Shown here: positions 47,720 to 57,156 of the stretch, in pieces
Numbering within the stretch: the stretch's first letter is position 1
Layout of the letters: the number at the start of each line of letters is the position of its first letter
NCBI GenBank assembly: GCA_965242865.1
Contig: CBDETK010000013.1
Coordinates: 3,264,001-3,328,000, forward strand
Reading direction: 5' to 3'
Source: Candidatus Latescibacterota bacterium
GTDB lineage: Bacteria; Latescibacterota; UBA2968; UBA8231
Length of the DNA: 64,000 nt
Program-made: the position numbers and the translations under genes
Notes under the pieces: generated by a model
Seen by the model: the letters and a program-made list of their open reading frames with translations, nothing else
Databases searched by the model: none
Told to the model about the DNA's origin: nothing

Positions 47720-48661
47720 TCATTCAATTAAATAACTCACATCGTACGAGGCGTGTTTGACCGCCTCGATCGTCGTTAGGTGCGGGGCTAGCTGCTGGAC
47801 CTTGCCGTAGTATTGGACAGCTTCGGCCACGCGCTCGGTCTTTTCGCAGATCACGCCGAGGTTGTGCAGGGCCGGAATGTGATCGCCGGCCAGCGCGATG
47901 ACCTGCTTGAAGGCCGCTTCGGCCCCGGGGAGGTCGCCGCCGCCGAGGTGGGCGAGGCCCTTGGCAAAGAACATGCTCTCGTTGTCTTGCTCGTATTCCA
48001 CGGCCTTGGCCAGCACGGCGAGTGCCAATTCGGGTTGTTGGGCTTGCAGCCGCACGAGCCCGAGGCTGTAATAAGCGCGCGCCAGTGCGCGGCGCGCCCC
48101 GCGATACTTGAAATCGACCCGCAACAAGGTCTCTAGGTGTTCGATGGATTTTTTGAAGTCGCCGACCTTGTGATACGCCACGGCCATGTTGAAGCGGGCC
48201 CTGACGTGGTCCGGCTGGACCGCGATGACTTTTTCAAGGAGTTCGAGGCCCTCGCCTTGGCGCTCGGTGCGGCAGAGCAAGGTCCCTAGCCCGGCCATCG
48301 CTTCGACCATCAGGGAATCCAGCCGCAAGGCTTCCTCGTAGTGGTGCTTGGCCTCGCGGTCGTATCCTTGGCCGTGCAGCATGACCGCGAGGTTGCAATG
48401 GGCCTCGGCGTAGTTGGGGTCGAGTTGCAAGGCCTCGTGCAGCAGCCTTTTGGCCTCGTATTTTTGCCCGTCGTCAAAGTACGCGTTGGCGAGGAGGACG
48501 CGCAGTTGTGGGTTGTAGGGTTCGATGGTGACCTTGGCGTTGAGGTAGCGAATTTTCTCTTTGGCCCAGAGGTTGTACCCCCGCTTATCGCGGCGTTGGG
48601 CCTGTCCCTCGCTGCCGCTACACAGCAAGGCCAGCAATAGAAACGCGAGCGCGGCCCTCAT
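47720..48661 (-). CDS. Secreted tetratricopeptide repeat protein
   Basis: Signal peptide; repeated TPR units (YAEAHCNLA, ARFNMAVAY, ALHNLG). Confidence 0.88.
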   Translation of the reverse strand: MRAALAFLLLALLCSGSEGQAQRRDKRGYNLWAKEKIRYLNAKVTIEPYNPQLRVLLANAYFDDGQKYEAKRLLHEALQLDPNYAEAHCNLAVMLHGQGYDREAKHHYEEALRLDSLMVEAMAGLGTLLCRTERQGEGLELLEKVIAVQPDHVRARFNMAVAYHKVGDFKKSIEHLETLLRVDFKYRGARRALARAYYSLGLVRLQAQQPELALAVLAKAVEYEQDNESMFFAKGLAHLGGGDLPGAEAAFKQVIALAGDHIPALHNLGVICEKTERVAEAVQYYGKVQQLAPHLTTIEAVKHASYDVSYLIE

Positions 48662-49950
48662 GGTTGGAACTTCTGAATCCGATCGTTGAACGTATCGGCC
48701 ACATAAATGAATCCCTCGGCGTCGCGGGCAATGCCGCCAGCCACCACCTCGCGCTCGCCCGCTTCGCCCGTGACCAGATCGACGACCGGGATGCGGCCAG
48801 CAAAGCGGAACTGATCATCCCCCGCGCCTTCCTCGCCCCAGCGCGTCAGGTAGTGCCCTTGGTGGAACACCTCGATGCGACTGTGGCCGGCATTGACCAC
48901 GAAAGCCCGATCGGCCGCTTCATCGACGGCAAAGTCGGTGGGCCGCAGCAAAAGCCCGGGGCCGCGGTCCTGATGCGATTTGGGATCGCGCCCGATGACG
49001 CGACTGGCCGAGGCGCGCTGGGGGTCGTCGTACACCACGAGCCGCGGGGCCTGCCAGTCCCGGTCGCGCAGAGCCAAGGGCTCGATCAGCGCGGCAAAGT
49101 GCCCTTGCCAAAGCCGCAGACTGGCCACCAGCAGGGCCGGTATGGCGTACTGGACTTGCCGTTCGCCGGCCGGGTCGAACAACTGCAACTGGCTAATGCT
49201 CTCGATGTAGATGGCTTGGCCGTTGATGACGATGTGGCGGGCGAACAGCCCGGCGAGTGGGCGCGTCCACAGCCGCTTTCCATCCGGGGCAAATTTCGCC
49301 CAAAAGGCCGCTGGCTTCTGATCGGGGCGGCGCAGGTTGTACACCACGTAGAGGTGATCGTCGTCGTCGAGGGCCAGCGCCGGCCCGTCTAGCGCACTCG
49401 TTTCCATGCAGGCCAGCGGCTCATTGGTATAGACCCATGGCTCCAAAGCGCGGCCCGAGCGGTCAAAGCGGTCGACGCGCCCTGTGCCCGCACCGACGAC
49501 AAAGACCGTGCCCTCGCGGCTGATGGCCAGCCGCGTGGGGGCCGTGCCCTCGGCCAGTGCCCAGTTGGCGACGCGGCGGTGGAATCCCCCGGCGGCGGTC
49601 GTGCTGGCCAGCTCGTGGACGGTGTCGTCCTTGCCGAAGAAGCTGACGACTCGGTAGCGGTAGTGGGTGTTGGCTAGCAGGCCGGCGTCTGTAAAGGTGG
49701 TGTCGGCCGCGGATTCCACGCGCCCGATGGCCGCGAACTCACCCCCGGTCGTGCGCTGGATTTCGCCGTAGAGAAAGCCGGCCGAAGACCCGCGGCGCCA
49801 AGTTAGCTCGGCGGTAGCCTCCGCGCTCAAAAAGGTCGCTTTGAGCACGGGAGGAGCCGCAAGCCAAGGCGGCACCTTTTTGCCGGCAAAGGGACCAACG
49901 CAGGCGACGAGTGCTGCGGCGAGGCAAAAGCAAAAGATGAGTCGATTCAT
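48658..49950 (-). CDS. Lipoprotein with FN3-like and NHL-repeat domains
   Basis: Lipobox LVAC; FTDAGL..YRYRV; IYVADTFNDRIQKF. Confidence 0.75.
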   Translation of the reverse strand: MNRLIFCFCLAAALVACVGPFAGKKVPPWLAAPPVLKATFLSAEATAELTWRRGSSAGFLYGEIQRTTGGEFAAIGRVESAADTTFTDAGLLANTHYRYRVVSFFGKDDTVHELASTTAAGGFHRRVANWALAEGTAPTRLAISREGTVFVVGAGTGRVDRFDRSGRALEPWVYTNEPLACMETSALDGPALALDDDDHLYVVYNLRRPDQKPAAFWAKFAPDGKRLWTRPLAGLFARHIVINGQAIYIESISQLQLFDPAGERQVQYAIPALLVASLRLWQGHFAALIEPLALRDRDWQAPRLVVYDDPQRASASRVIGRDPKSHQDRGPGLLLRPTDFAVDEAADRAFVVNAGHSRIEVFHQGHYLTRWGEEGAGDDQFRFAGRIPVVDLVTGEAGEREVVAGGIARDAEGFIYVADTFNDRIQKFQP

Positions 49951-49998
49951 AGCGCAAAGAGATAGGCCCGCCCTTCCGCCATGTCAAGGAATGGGGGC

Positions 49999-52158
49999 TT
50001 ACCCCAGAATAAAGACGGTGTTGCCGATCTTGCCGGTAAAGTAGTCGATGACCAGCCACAGCCCGTTGCACAGGGCCTCACCCATGATCAGGCCCATAAA
50101 GAAATGCTGGCTCGCTCGATAGTGCGCCGCCCCGCCAAAACGCAAGATGATCTTCTTGAGTGCCCAAGCTAAGAGCACGCAAGCCCAGATCTTGTCGAGC
50201 ATGAAGTTCGCGCCCACCGGGAAGCCTATTGGATGGAAGGGCCACCACAAAAGGTGCTGCCGTGCCCAAGTCAGCAGGACCATGACCGCGGCCCCACCGG
50301 CGAAGAACGCCAATCCCAACCAGTCGGCCCCGGCTGGCTCTAGGGCGCGCTGGGCTGCGTTGTAGATGGTTGAGGGACCACCGCGAAAACGCCAACCGTC
50401 GAGGTTGATGCCCCCGTACTTGTAGGCGAGGTGAAAGACCATCCAGCAGGAGCCGGCCGCGCCGATGAAGATGGCCGCGACCACCGCCCAGCAGACGACG
50501 CGCCGACTGCGGCGGTCCATGTTTTGGATCAGCTTCAATCCATTGGCGACCATGGCCAGCAGGAAGATGCGGATGTCGGCCGACCAGATATAGGCCAAGG
50601 AGAGGTTGAAGACGCCCGCGGCCCCGATTGCCTGCGAGCCGATGCCCTGCACGATGAGGTCTGGCGCGATCATGGGCGAGCGCACGGCCGCTAGACCCGC
50701 TTCGCACACGACCCGCGCGATGCCGATAAACACCACCAGGGCCACGACCGCAAAGAGCGCGCCGACCCAAAGCGGAGTACCCATCAGCCACAGCCAGCCG
50801 ACAATGCCCCCGGTGCCGCCGAGCACGCCGAGCACGGCCACTCGATAGGACGCGATTTCGTCGCCGTCGTCTATGGCCGCGTGGCGGTTGAGGGCCTTGC
50901 GCCATACGTCTCGCAAGTGGCCGCGCCCAGCCCACAGGCCCAAGACCACCATGGCGATGAGGGCGCCGCCGCCCTGATAGGCCAAGAGCGGCTCGTGCGC
51001 GACCCCATAGACGAATTTGCTGGTGGATTTGAGGCCGGATAGGGCGAGGAGCTCGGCTTCGACCTTGGAGAGCAAGTAGAAAATCCAGATCCCGGCCGCT
51101 ATTTGGGTGCTAATGAGATAGGAAAAGCCAACGAGCGCGAAGCTGATCCAGATTTGCAGGCTCTGCTGGCCGATAAACGACGGCACCCACCAAATCAGGC
51201 CGAAGCTGGGCAAGGACGGATAGTATGGGTGCAGGGCCTTGAGGCTGCCATATACGAGCGGCACGGTCGCGCCCCACCACAAGGCCCCGCGCTTGAGGAA
51301 GCCGTTGACCAGCCCGGGGCCGCGCTCGCCCTGCACGATGGCCACCCCGAGCTGGGTCAGCGGATAGGCCAGCCGCTCGTGCTCGACCCACTGCCGACGC
51401 AAGATCACGGCCGTCGATACCATCGCCACGTACAGCGAGAGGAGCAGCAGGCCCCACCAGCACAGCGGCTCAACCCAAGTGGCGTAGGGAATGTCCGCGG
51501 GCGCGCTGCCCTCGTAAAAGCCGCGGTTGCCCGCTCCGTCGTCCACGAGGACGCGCTGGGCGGGAAAGAGCGGAAAGAGCTTTTCGGCCCATTGGTTGGC
51601 TGGGGAGGCGTAGTAGAAAATGCCGGTGAGGGCCGGCAACAGTTGCTGGGTCAGCCCCATGGTGCAGAGGGCGGAGACGACCAGCAACATCACGTACACC
51701 AGCACGAGCTCGGCGCGGTTGAGGGCGAGGGTCCCGCCGCGCTGTACCACCGGCACGTTCCACCCGGCCGAGAGGGCGAGGAACGCGCCAAACCAAAAAC
51801 CGGGCGAGTACCAATCGACCGCCCCGCGACTGATCCAATAGCTGCCAAAGCCGCCCGCGGCCAGCAGGGCGAGCCCCACCGCTAGGCGGAAGTTGCGGGC
51901 CGCGAGCTTAAAGAGCGTATTGAGCAAGCCGACCAGCACCAAAAACAGAAAGATGGCCCCCGGGGTATTGAAGTCGAAGGCCAGGTTGGTCGCTCGCATC
52001 GCCATGTTGGCATAGGGCGCACCAATGGACAGGAAGAAGCTGAGGAACGCGCCGACCCAAAAGCCGCGCAGCGTCAGCCGAGAGCGGCCCTCGGTGAGTT
52101 CGTCGTGTTGCCCGCCCGCGAGCTGGCGACCATAAGGGGCGGGAAGCGCTCTGTTCAC
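49999..52158 (-). CDS. Polytopic membrane protein, DUF6785/DUF6784 (OPT-like) family
   Basis: RQWVEHERLAYPL, WWPFHPIG, FFMGLIMG; probable GTG start overlapping the upstream stop (GTGA). Confidence 0.72.
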   Translation of the reverse strand: MNRALPAPYGRQLAGGQHDELTEGRSRLTLRGFWVGAFLSFFLSIGAPYANMAMRATNLAFDFNTPGAIFLFLVLVGLLNTLFKLAARNFRLAVGLALLAAGGFGSYWISRGAVDWYSPGFWFGAFLALSAGWNVPVVQRGGTLALNRAELVLVYVMLLVVSALCTMGLTQQLLPALTGIFYYASPANQWAEKLFPLFPAQRVLVDDGAGNRGFYEGSAPADIPYATWVEPLCWWGLLLLSLYVAMVSTAVILRRQWVEHERLAYPLTQLGVAIVQGERGPGLVNGFLKRGALWWGATVPLVYGSLKALHPYYPSLPSFGLIWWVPSFIGQQSLQIWISFALVGFSYLISTQIAAGIWIFYLLSKVEAELLALSGLKSTSKFVYGVAHEPLLAYQGGGALIAMVVLGLWAGRGHLRDVWRKALNRHAAIDDGDEIASYRVAVLGVLGGTGGIVGWLWLMGTPLWVGALFAVVALVVFIGIARVVCEAGLAAVRSPMIAPDLIVQGIGSQAIGAAGVFNLSLAYIWSADIRIFLLAMVANGLKLIQNMDRRSRRVVCWAVVAAIFIGAAGSCWMVFHLAYKYGGINLDGWRFRGGPSTIYNAAQRALEPAGADWLGLAFFAGGAAVMVLLTWARQHLLWWPFHPIGFPVGANFMLDKIWACVLLAWALKKIILRFGGAAHYRASQHFFMGLIMGEALCNGLWLVIDYFTGKIGNTVFILG

Positions 52159-54797
52159 CGCGCGGTTTGGGGCTTGACGGTGCAGGTGGGGCAGACGCGC
52201 CGCAGGTGTTCGCGCCGCACCTGCCACAGGTCGCGGGCCTTCACCAATTCGCAGTCGGCCTGCCCGACCTTGCCCCGCCGCTGCAGCTTTCTCCGGTCTA
52301 GGGTTGAGTCCAGCTTGTGGGTGGGGACCGGGCAGGGGCCGTTGCGAAAGGCCAGCCCCAAGACCTCGTCCACGGTCCCGTCCTCGCGCACGACCCGGTC
52401 CTTGAGGGCAAAGGATTCAATGCAGCCGCAGGGCACGGACAGCTCGGCTACGTGGTAAGCCGTGCTGGTGTCGTGGGTCGTGCCCAGCGCGAGGATGTAG
52501 CCGCCCCCGTGGACCAATTTGCCGATCGGACTCTCTGGTGCCCATATCCCCGCTTCGAGATGCCGGTGGCAATAGTCGCTGGCCCGCGGTCCAATCGCCG
52601 CCACCGCGTGGGTGGGATGCATGCTGCGCTCGGCTTGGGGACGCCGCCACAGCGCGTCTGGAATCGCGCCATTGGTGGTAGGGGTAGTCAAGCGATTGAA
52701 GACGGTGGCCGCGCGGTGATTGAACGAAGGCGCCAGCAGGGTCCCCCGCTTGCCGACCGCCTGCAAGAGCGCATCGACGACGGTCTCGGCCCCGCCCTCG
52801 ACTAAGCCAATGGCCGCTAGCGAGCTGTGTACCATCAAATCCATGCCCGGGGCCACGCCCAAGCGGCGCAAATCCCGCACCAGTTCCTGGCGGCCGATCA
52901 TCTGGGCTGGGTCCATCAGCTCGACATAGCCCAATTCGGCGTGGGCGGCAAAGTACTCGTGAACCTGATCGACGGCCACGGGGCCATCCGTCCGCGGCCC
53001 GGCCCGATAGTCGGCTTCCTCGCTGGCGATGCACTCGGCGATTTCCCCCACATTCCGCCGTCCATCGGCCCAAAACAAGGCCCACGGCGCAAGCTGGGTG
53101 GCCGCAATGCGTGCGTTGATCGCGGCGGGCGCGTTTTCGGCGGTCGGCGAGAGCACGGCCGTGCGCCGTGGCACCAGCCGGGCTCGGGCTGTCTGTCGCG
53201 CTCGCTGGCTCGGCAGGGCGTTTTCGGCCGCCGCGGCTGACACTTGCCGCTCGCTGGCGTCCATGGCCTCCAAGATCGCTCGCCGACTGCCTCCCCAGAG
53301 CCAGCGCGTGAGCCGCCGCACGCTGCGGCTGTGCGCCTCGCGCACGTATTCGGCCTCGGCGCGGGGCCGTTTTTTCTTTTTTAACACGGAGAGAAAATGC
53401 TGCGTTTCAGTGCGGATTAGCTCCTCCACCTCGCGGCTGCCCACGTCGGCCAAGTAGTACAGATAGGCCGCCATTGAGGCCGCGCAGGTCTCCAGCCCCC
53501 GCGGACTGAGCAGGGCTTCCACGTCGGCCGAGGAGTGATAGGCGTCGAAGCCGCGCCCGCTCTGGCGGTGATGCGTGGTGATCCAAGGGCAGGGAAACCC
53601 ATACTGAGGATCGCCGATCAAGGTGTCAGCCGTTGACATGAATCGCGCTAGATGCACTCGGTAGCCGGGCTCGTGTTGCCGCACCCCGGCCCGCAAAATG
53701 GCTGCGCCGACCCGGTCGACGAACCCAGCCGACATCGGGATCGTCGCGTGCCACTCCAGCCGGCCACCGCAGACGGCGGGCTGGGCGCCGACCGTGTCGA
53801 TACACGCGCCGGCCAAGGGAGTTTGCAAGCGCCGCACCCGCTCTAGATAGGCAAAAAACCCGTAGCACTCATAGGCGTTGAGTAGGCGAATGGTGCGCTT
53901 GGGGGGCGCGAGTTTTCCGGCCTCGATAAGCCCTTGGATCACGCGGGCGATCTCCAAGGTGACGGCCACGCCCGAAGCGTTGTCTATGGCCCCGGGCTCG
54001 GCGCTGTGCGCAATGGCCCACACTTCGTCCTGCGGGTCGGCGGCGCCCTCGATGACTCCGCAGACCACGTCGTGGCTGCCGACGTATTTGCGGATGTCGG
54101 CTCGGACGTGCAGGGTGAGGGGACCGTGCTGCTGCGCTAGCTGCCGCAGCCGCTCCCCTTGCTGCTCAGAGATCGCAAACCCCACCAACTGCGCCGCCGC
54201 CTGTTCTAGGGGAATTGCCCCCCACCCGAATTTGGTCCACGCCACGGCGCTGGGCAGGTTGGGCACTGGCCGGTCGGTGATGACTGCGGCGGCCCCTTTC
54301 GCGACCAAAAGGCCGAGGTGGGCGCGCGGGTCTAGCTTGGTCAGGGCGATCGCCCCGGTGAGTCCGTCGGTCGGCTGGCGTTGGATGTCTTCGACTTGGT
54401 CGAGAATCACCAGCCGCAGCCGCAAGCCGCGAGCCGGGGTCGCCGCGCTCCACTGGATGACGTGCCAAGGATTCTCCTGCCAATCCAGCACCCGCTCGGC
54501 GAGCGGATGCACCACCTCCACGGTCGCGCCGGCGACATCGGCGGCCTCGCGGATGATCCACCGGCCCGACCCCAGACGCCCGCCGGTCTGGATGGACTCG
54601 ACCTCTACGCGGGCACCGGCGGCCTCGTAGCGGTTCGTCAGCGTGGCCGTGGTTTCGCCGAAGCGATCAAACGAATTCCACCGATCGGTCTGCACCACGT
54701 CTCGCACCGCCGCCATGATCTGCTGTCCATTCGCCTGTTGTAGCATCAGCGGCAAAGTTTCGCGACAGAGCCGCTGCAATGATTTTGGGCTAGGCAT
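52155..54797 (-). CDS. Fusion of M28/DUF4910 peptidase-like domain and AAC(3)-family N-acetyltransferase
   Basis: AHSAEPGAIDNASG, YHSSAD; C-terminal VHSSL..VEGGA, HPTHAVAAIG, YHVAE. Confidence 0.8.
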   Translation of the reverse strand: MPSPKSLQRLCRETLPLMLQQANGQQIMAAVRDVVQTDRWNSFDRFGETTATLTNRYEAAGARVEVESIQTGGRLGSGRWIIREAADVAGATVEVVHPLAERVLDWQENPWHVIQWSAATPARGLRLRLVILDQVEDIQRQPTDGLTGAIALTKLDPRAHLGLLVAKGAAAVITDRPVPNLPSAVAWTKFGWGAIPLEQAAAQLVGFAISEQQGERLRQLAQQHGPLTLHVRADIRKYVGSHDVVCGVIEGAADPQDEVWAIAHSAEPGAIDNASGVAVTLEIARVIQGLIEAGKLAPPKRTIRLLNAYECYGFFAYLERVRRLQTPLAGACIDTVGAQPAVCGGRLEWHATIPMSAGFVDRVGAAILRAGVRQHEPGYRVHLARFMSTADTLIGDPQYGFPCPWITTHHRQSGRGFDAYHSSADVEALLSPRGLETCAASMAAYLYYLADVGSREVEELIRTETQHFLSVLKKKKRPRAEAEYVREAHSRSVRRLTRWLWGGSRRAILEAMDASERQVSAAAAENALPSQRARQTARARLVPRRTAVLSPTAENAPAAINARIAATQLAPWALFWADGRRNVGEIAECIASEEADYRAGPRTDGPVAVDQVHEYFAAHAELGYVELMDPAQMIGRQELVRDLRRLGVAPGMDLMVHSSLAAIGLVEGGAETVVDALLQAVGKRGTLLAPSFNHRAATVFNRLTTPTTNGAIPDALWRRPQAERSMHPTHAVAAIGPRASDYCHRHLEAGIWAPESPIGKLVHGGGYILALGTTHDTSTAYHVAELSVPCGCIESFALKDRVVREDGTVDEVLGLAFRNGPCPVPTHKLDSTLDRRKLQRRGKVGQADCELVKARDLWQVRREHLRRVCPTCTVKPQTAR

Positions 54798-55118
54798 GAT
54801 TTCCTCCTTTTGTAGGGCGACCGCTTTATCTGTGCATGGCGGCTATAGTGTAACAGGATTTTCGCGGTTGGGAAAATGATTGACCTGTCGGTCTCCCAGC
54901 GTGGCTTCTACGAGGGGCGACTGTGCGAGGCGAAGCCCTCTAAAGCAAAATGAAGCGTTTGCGGCAATCGCGGCAGCGGTAGGGCACAAGATGCCCGCCC
55001 CGCGTCGGAGCACGGGGTGACGTTCTTTCGCGGAAATGACGCCGCATGGGCAGAATAGAGATTGAAGGAGCGTACTCGTAAACCCCCATCCATATTAAGC
55101 TAAAAGACTACAACATAT

Positions 55119-55133
55119 TAGGATATTTTCCTA
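55119..55133. promoter_or_regulatory. Inverted-repeat box TAGGA-N5-TCCTA upstream of the LuxR regulator
   Basis: Perfect 5-bp IR preceded by AAAAGACTA; similar arrangement at 55865-55896. Confidence 0.5.
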
Positions 55134-55209
55134 CATTAGTACGACGTGTTTTTTTGTTGATTAGAAAATCAAATGTCAACATTATATATAGCATGTTATA
55201 AGGAAAACT

Positions 55210-55854
55210 ATGTCAATAAAAACTCAACAACGACGGGTGCTCTTGCTTTCTCATCACAGTATTATTCGGGCCGGTCTGAAACAGGTTCTTGGTCAGGCTG
55301 TTGTCCCATTCATAATCGGAGAGACTGACGGAGTAAAGGGAGCCATAAAGAGGACGAGAGAGGAGAATTGGGATATAGTAATCGTGGATTTTTCCAAGGA
55401 CGGAGGCCAGAAACTGGACTTGATCAAGCATTTAGAAAACATAGACGATGGCCCTCTAACACTTATAACCAGTCCATGTGTAGAGGATACACATGTGAAG
55501 CGGGGGCTTCAGGCGGGTGCAGCCGGCTACTTGCAATGGGAAGAAATTGAGACCCATTTGCTGAGGGCAATAGATCGAATCATGCAGGGAGAAAAGTATA
55601 TTGACCCTAGGCTAGGCGGTCGCTTACTCCTCGAATCTGGAAAGGATCTAGGGGCTCCACACGATTGTTTGTCGGATCGGGAGTATCAGGTATTATGTCT
55701 CCTAGTGCTGGGAAAAAGAATAGTAGAAGTCGCAGCAGAAATGATGCTCAGCCCCAAGACCATTCATACGTATCGCAAGCGCATCCAAGAGAAGATGGAG
55801 CTTAGGACATACGAGGAATTTGTACAGTACGGTCGAAAACAGCAACTCATATAA
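55210..55854 (+). CDS. NarL/LuxR family response regulator with atypical receiver
   Basis: LSDREYQVL..LSPKTIHTYRKRIQEKM HTH; REC domain with IVD; AT-rich. Confidence 0.9.
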   Translation: MSIKTQQRRVLLLSHHSIIRAGLKQVLGQAVVPFIIGETDGVKGAIKRTREENWDIVIVDFSKDGGQKLDLIKHLENIDDGPLTLITSPCVEDTHVKRGLQAGAAGYLQWEEIETHLLRAIDRIMQGEKYIDPRLGGRLLLESGKDLGAPHDCLSDREYQVLCLLVLGKRIVEVAAEMMLSPKTIHTYRKRIQEKMELRTYEEFVQYGRKQQLI

Positions 55855-56073
55855 AAAGTAAGACAAAAGACTATCCTATTTTCAGGCTTTTTCCTATTAA
55901 CTAGTGCCGCTTTCTCCATTATCTTGGTCGTCGCCTGTAATAGGCATAAACTGTCAAAGGGTGGTTACTCGAAAACTACCCTATTTGGCAAAATTTATTT
56001 GAGTTGGTGTACTCATTTCTTTTGATATGCCATGTCCCTTTTTTAACCTCCTAACCATATAAAGGAGAAAACA

Positions 56074-57024
56074 ATGTTGTTGAAATCCCTCAAAACCCTA
56101 CTTGGGTTCAGCCTTTTGGGCTTCGTCGCTGTTTGGATGGGCTGCTCGTCCGACACCTCGCCCGTAGCCCCCCAAGCTGCCGGCAAAACCCACCTGACCG
56201 CGCAAGACCCAGTTGTTGACCTATCAGAGCCAGACGATCCAACAACGACCCCCGTTGCGTTTGCCGACTCCAATCTAAAAGCTGCGGTGGGAGAGGCACT
56301 CATGGAGGCGTTGAATCACGCGTCTGTGCCTATCCCGATCACCGTGGCGCAAATGGATTCCCTGACCACGCTCGACGCGAGTGGTAGAAGCATTCAGAGC
56401 TTGGCCGGCCTCGAATACGCTACGAAGCTGGACACGCTGTATCTGGGCGGCAACCAGATTACGGATGTGAGTCTGCTGGGCTACCTGACCAAATTGGAAT
56501 GGCTGTCTCTGAGCAACAACAGCATTACGGATCTGAGTCCGCTGACCAGTCTGACCAAGTTGGAAGTCCTGAATCTGAACTTCAACAAGATTTCGGATGT
56601 GAGTTCGCTGACCAGTCTGACCAAGTTGGAATCCCTGCATCTGTACGCCAACTCGATTTCGGATGTGAGTCCATTGGCCAATCTGACCAACTTGAAACGC
56701 CTGACTGTAACTGGTAACCCTCTTGAGGGGAAGGTTACTCCGTTGGCCAGTCTGACCAACTTGACATGGCTGAAGTTGAACGGCACCGGGATTAGGGATA
56801 GTGATCTGAGTACGTTGGCGGCCAGTCTGACCAAATTGACATTCCTAGACCTGAGCGGCAACACGATTTCAGATCTGAGTCCGTTGACTTGTCTGCCCAA
56901 CTTGGAACGGCTGGGGATGAGAAAGGTCAACGACGGCTCTGGTCCTGGTAATAAGTATGTGGCTACTACTAGTAACATACATATCAGATACTTGATAGAC
57001 AGAGGCGTCACAATAAATTGGTAA
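56074..57024 (+). CDS. Internalin-like leucine-rich-repeat lipoprotein 1
   Basis: AAAGGAG RBS; lipobox WMGC; FADSNL cap; 22-aa LTKLExLxLxxNxIxDxSPL repeats. Confidence 0.92.
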   Translation: MLLKSLKTLLGFSLLGFVAVWMGCSSDTSPVAPQAAGKTHLTAQDPVVDLSEPDDPTTTPVAFADSNLKAAVGEALMEALNHASVPIPITVAQMDSLTTLDASGRSIQSLAGLEYATKLDTLYLGGNQITDVSLLGYLTKLEWLSLSNNSITDLSPLTSLTKLEVLNLNFNKISDVSSLTSLTKLESLHLYANSISDVSPLANLTNLKRLTVTGNPLEGKVTPLASLTNLTWLKLNGTGIRDSDLSTLAASLTKLTFLDLSGNTISDLSPLTCLPNLERLGMRKVNDGSGPGNKYVATTSNIHIRYLIDRGVTINW

Positions 57025-57066
57025 CTGACGCATAAGGCGCATTCGGCGCCCACCGTCGTCATATTT

Positions 57067-57110
57067 GGGAATTATATACTTGATAAAGCAAAGTCAAGTA
57101 TATAATTCCC
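57067..57110 (+). terminator. 17-bp perfect inverted repeat plus T-tract after LRR gene 1
   Basis: GGGAATTATATACTTGA-N10-TCAAGTATATAATTCCC-T8. Confidence 0.65.
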
Positions 57111-57156
57111 TTTTTTTTATTGACCGAACTAAGCAGAGATTGCCGCTGGGCGGCCA

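Noticed and set aside
54838-54910. GGCGGCTATAGTGTAACAGG resembling a tRNA 5' end
   Set aside because: No T-loop (GTTCRA), no matching acceptor stem and no CCA.
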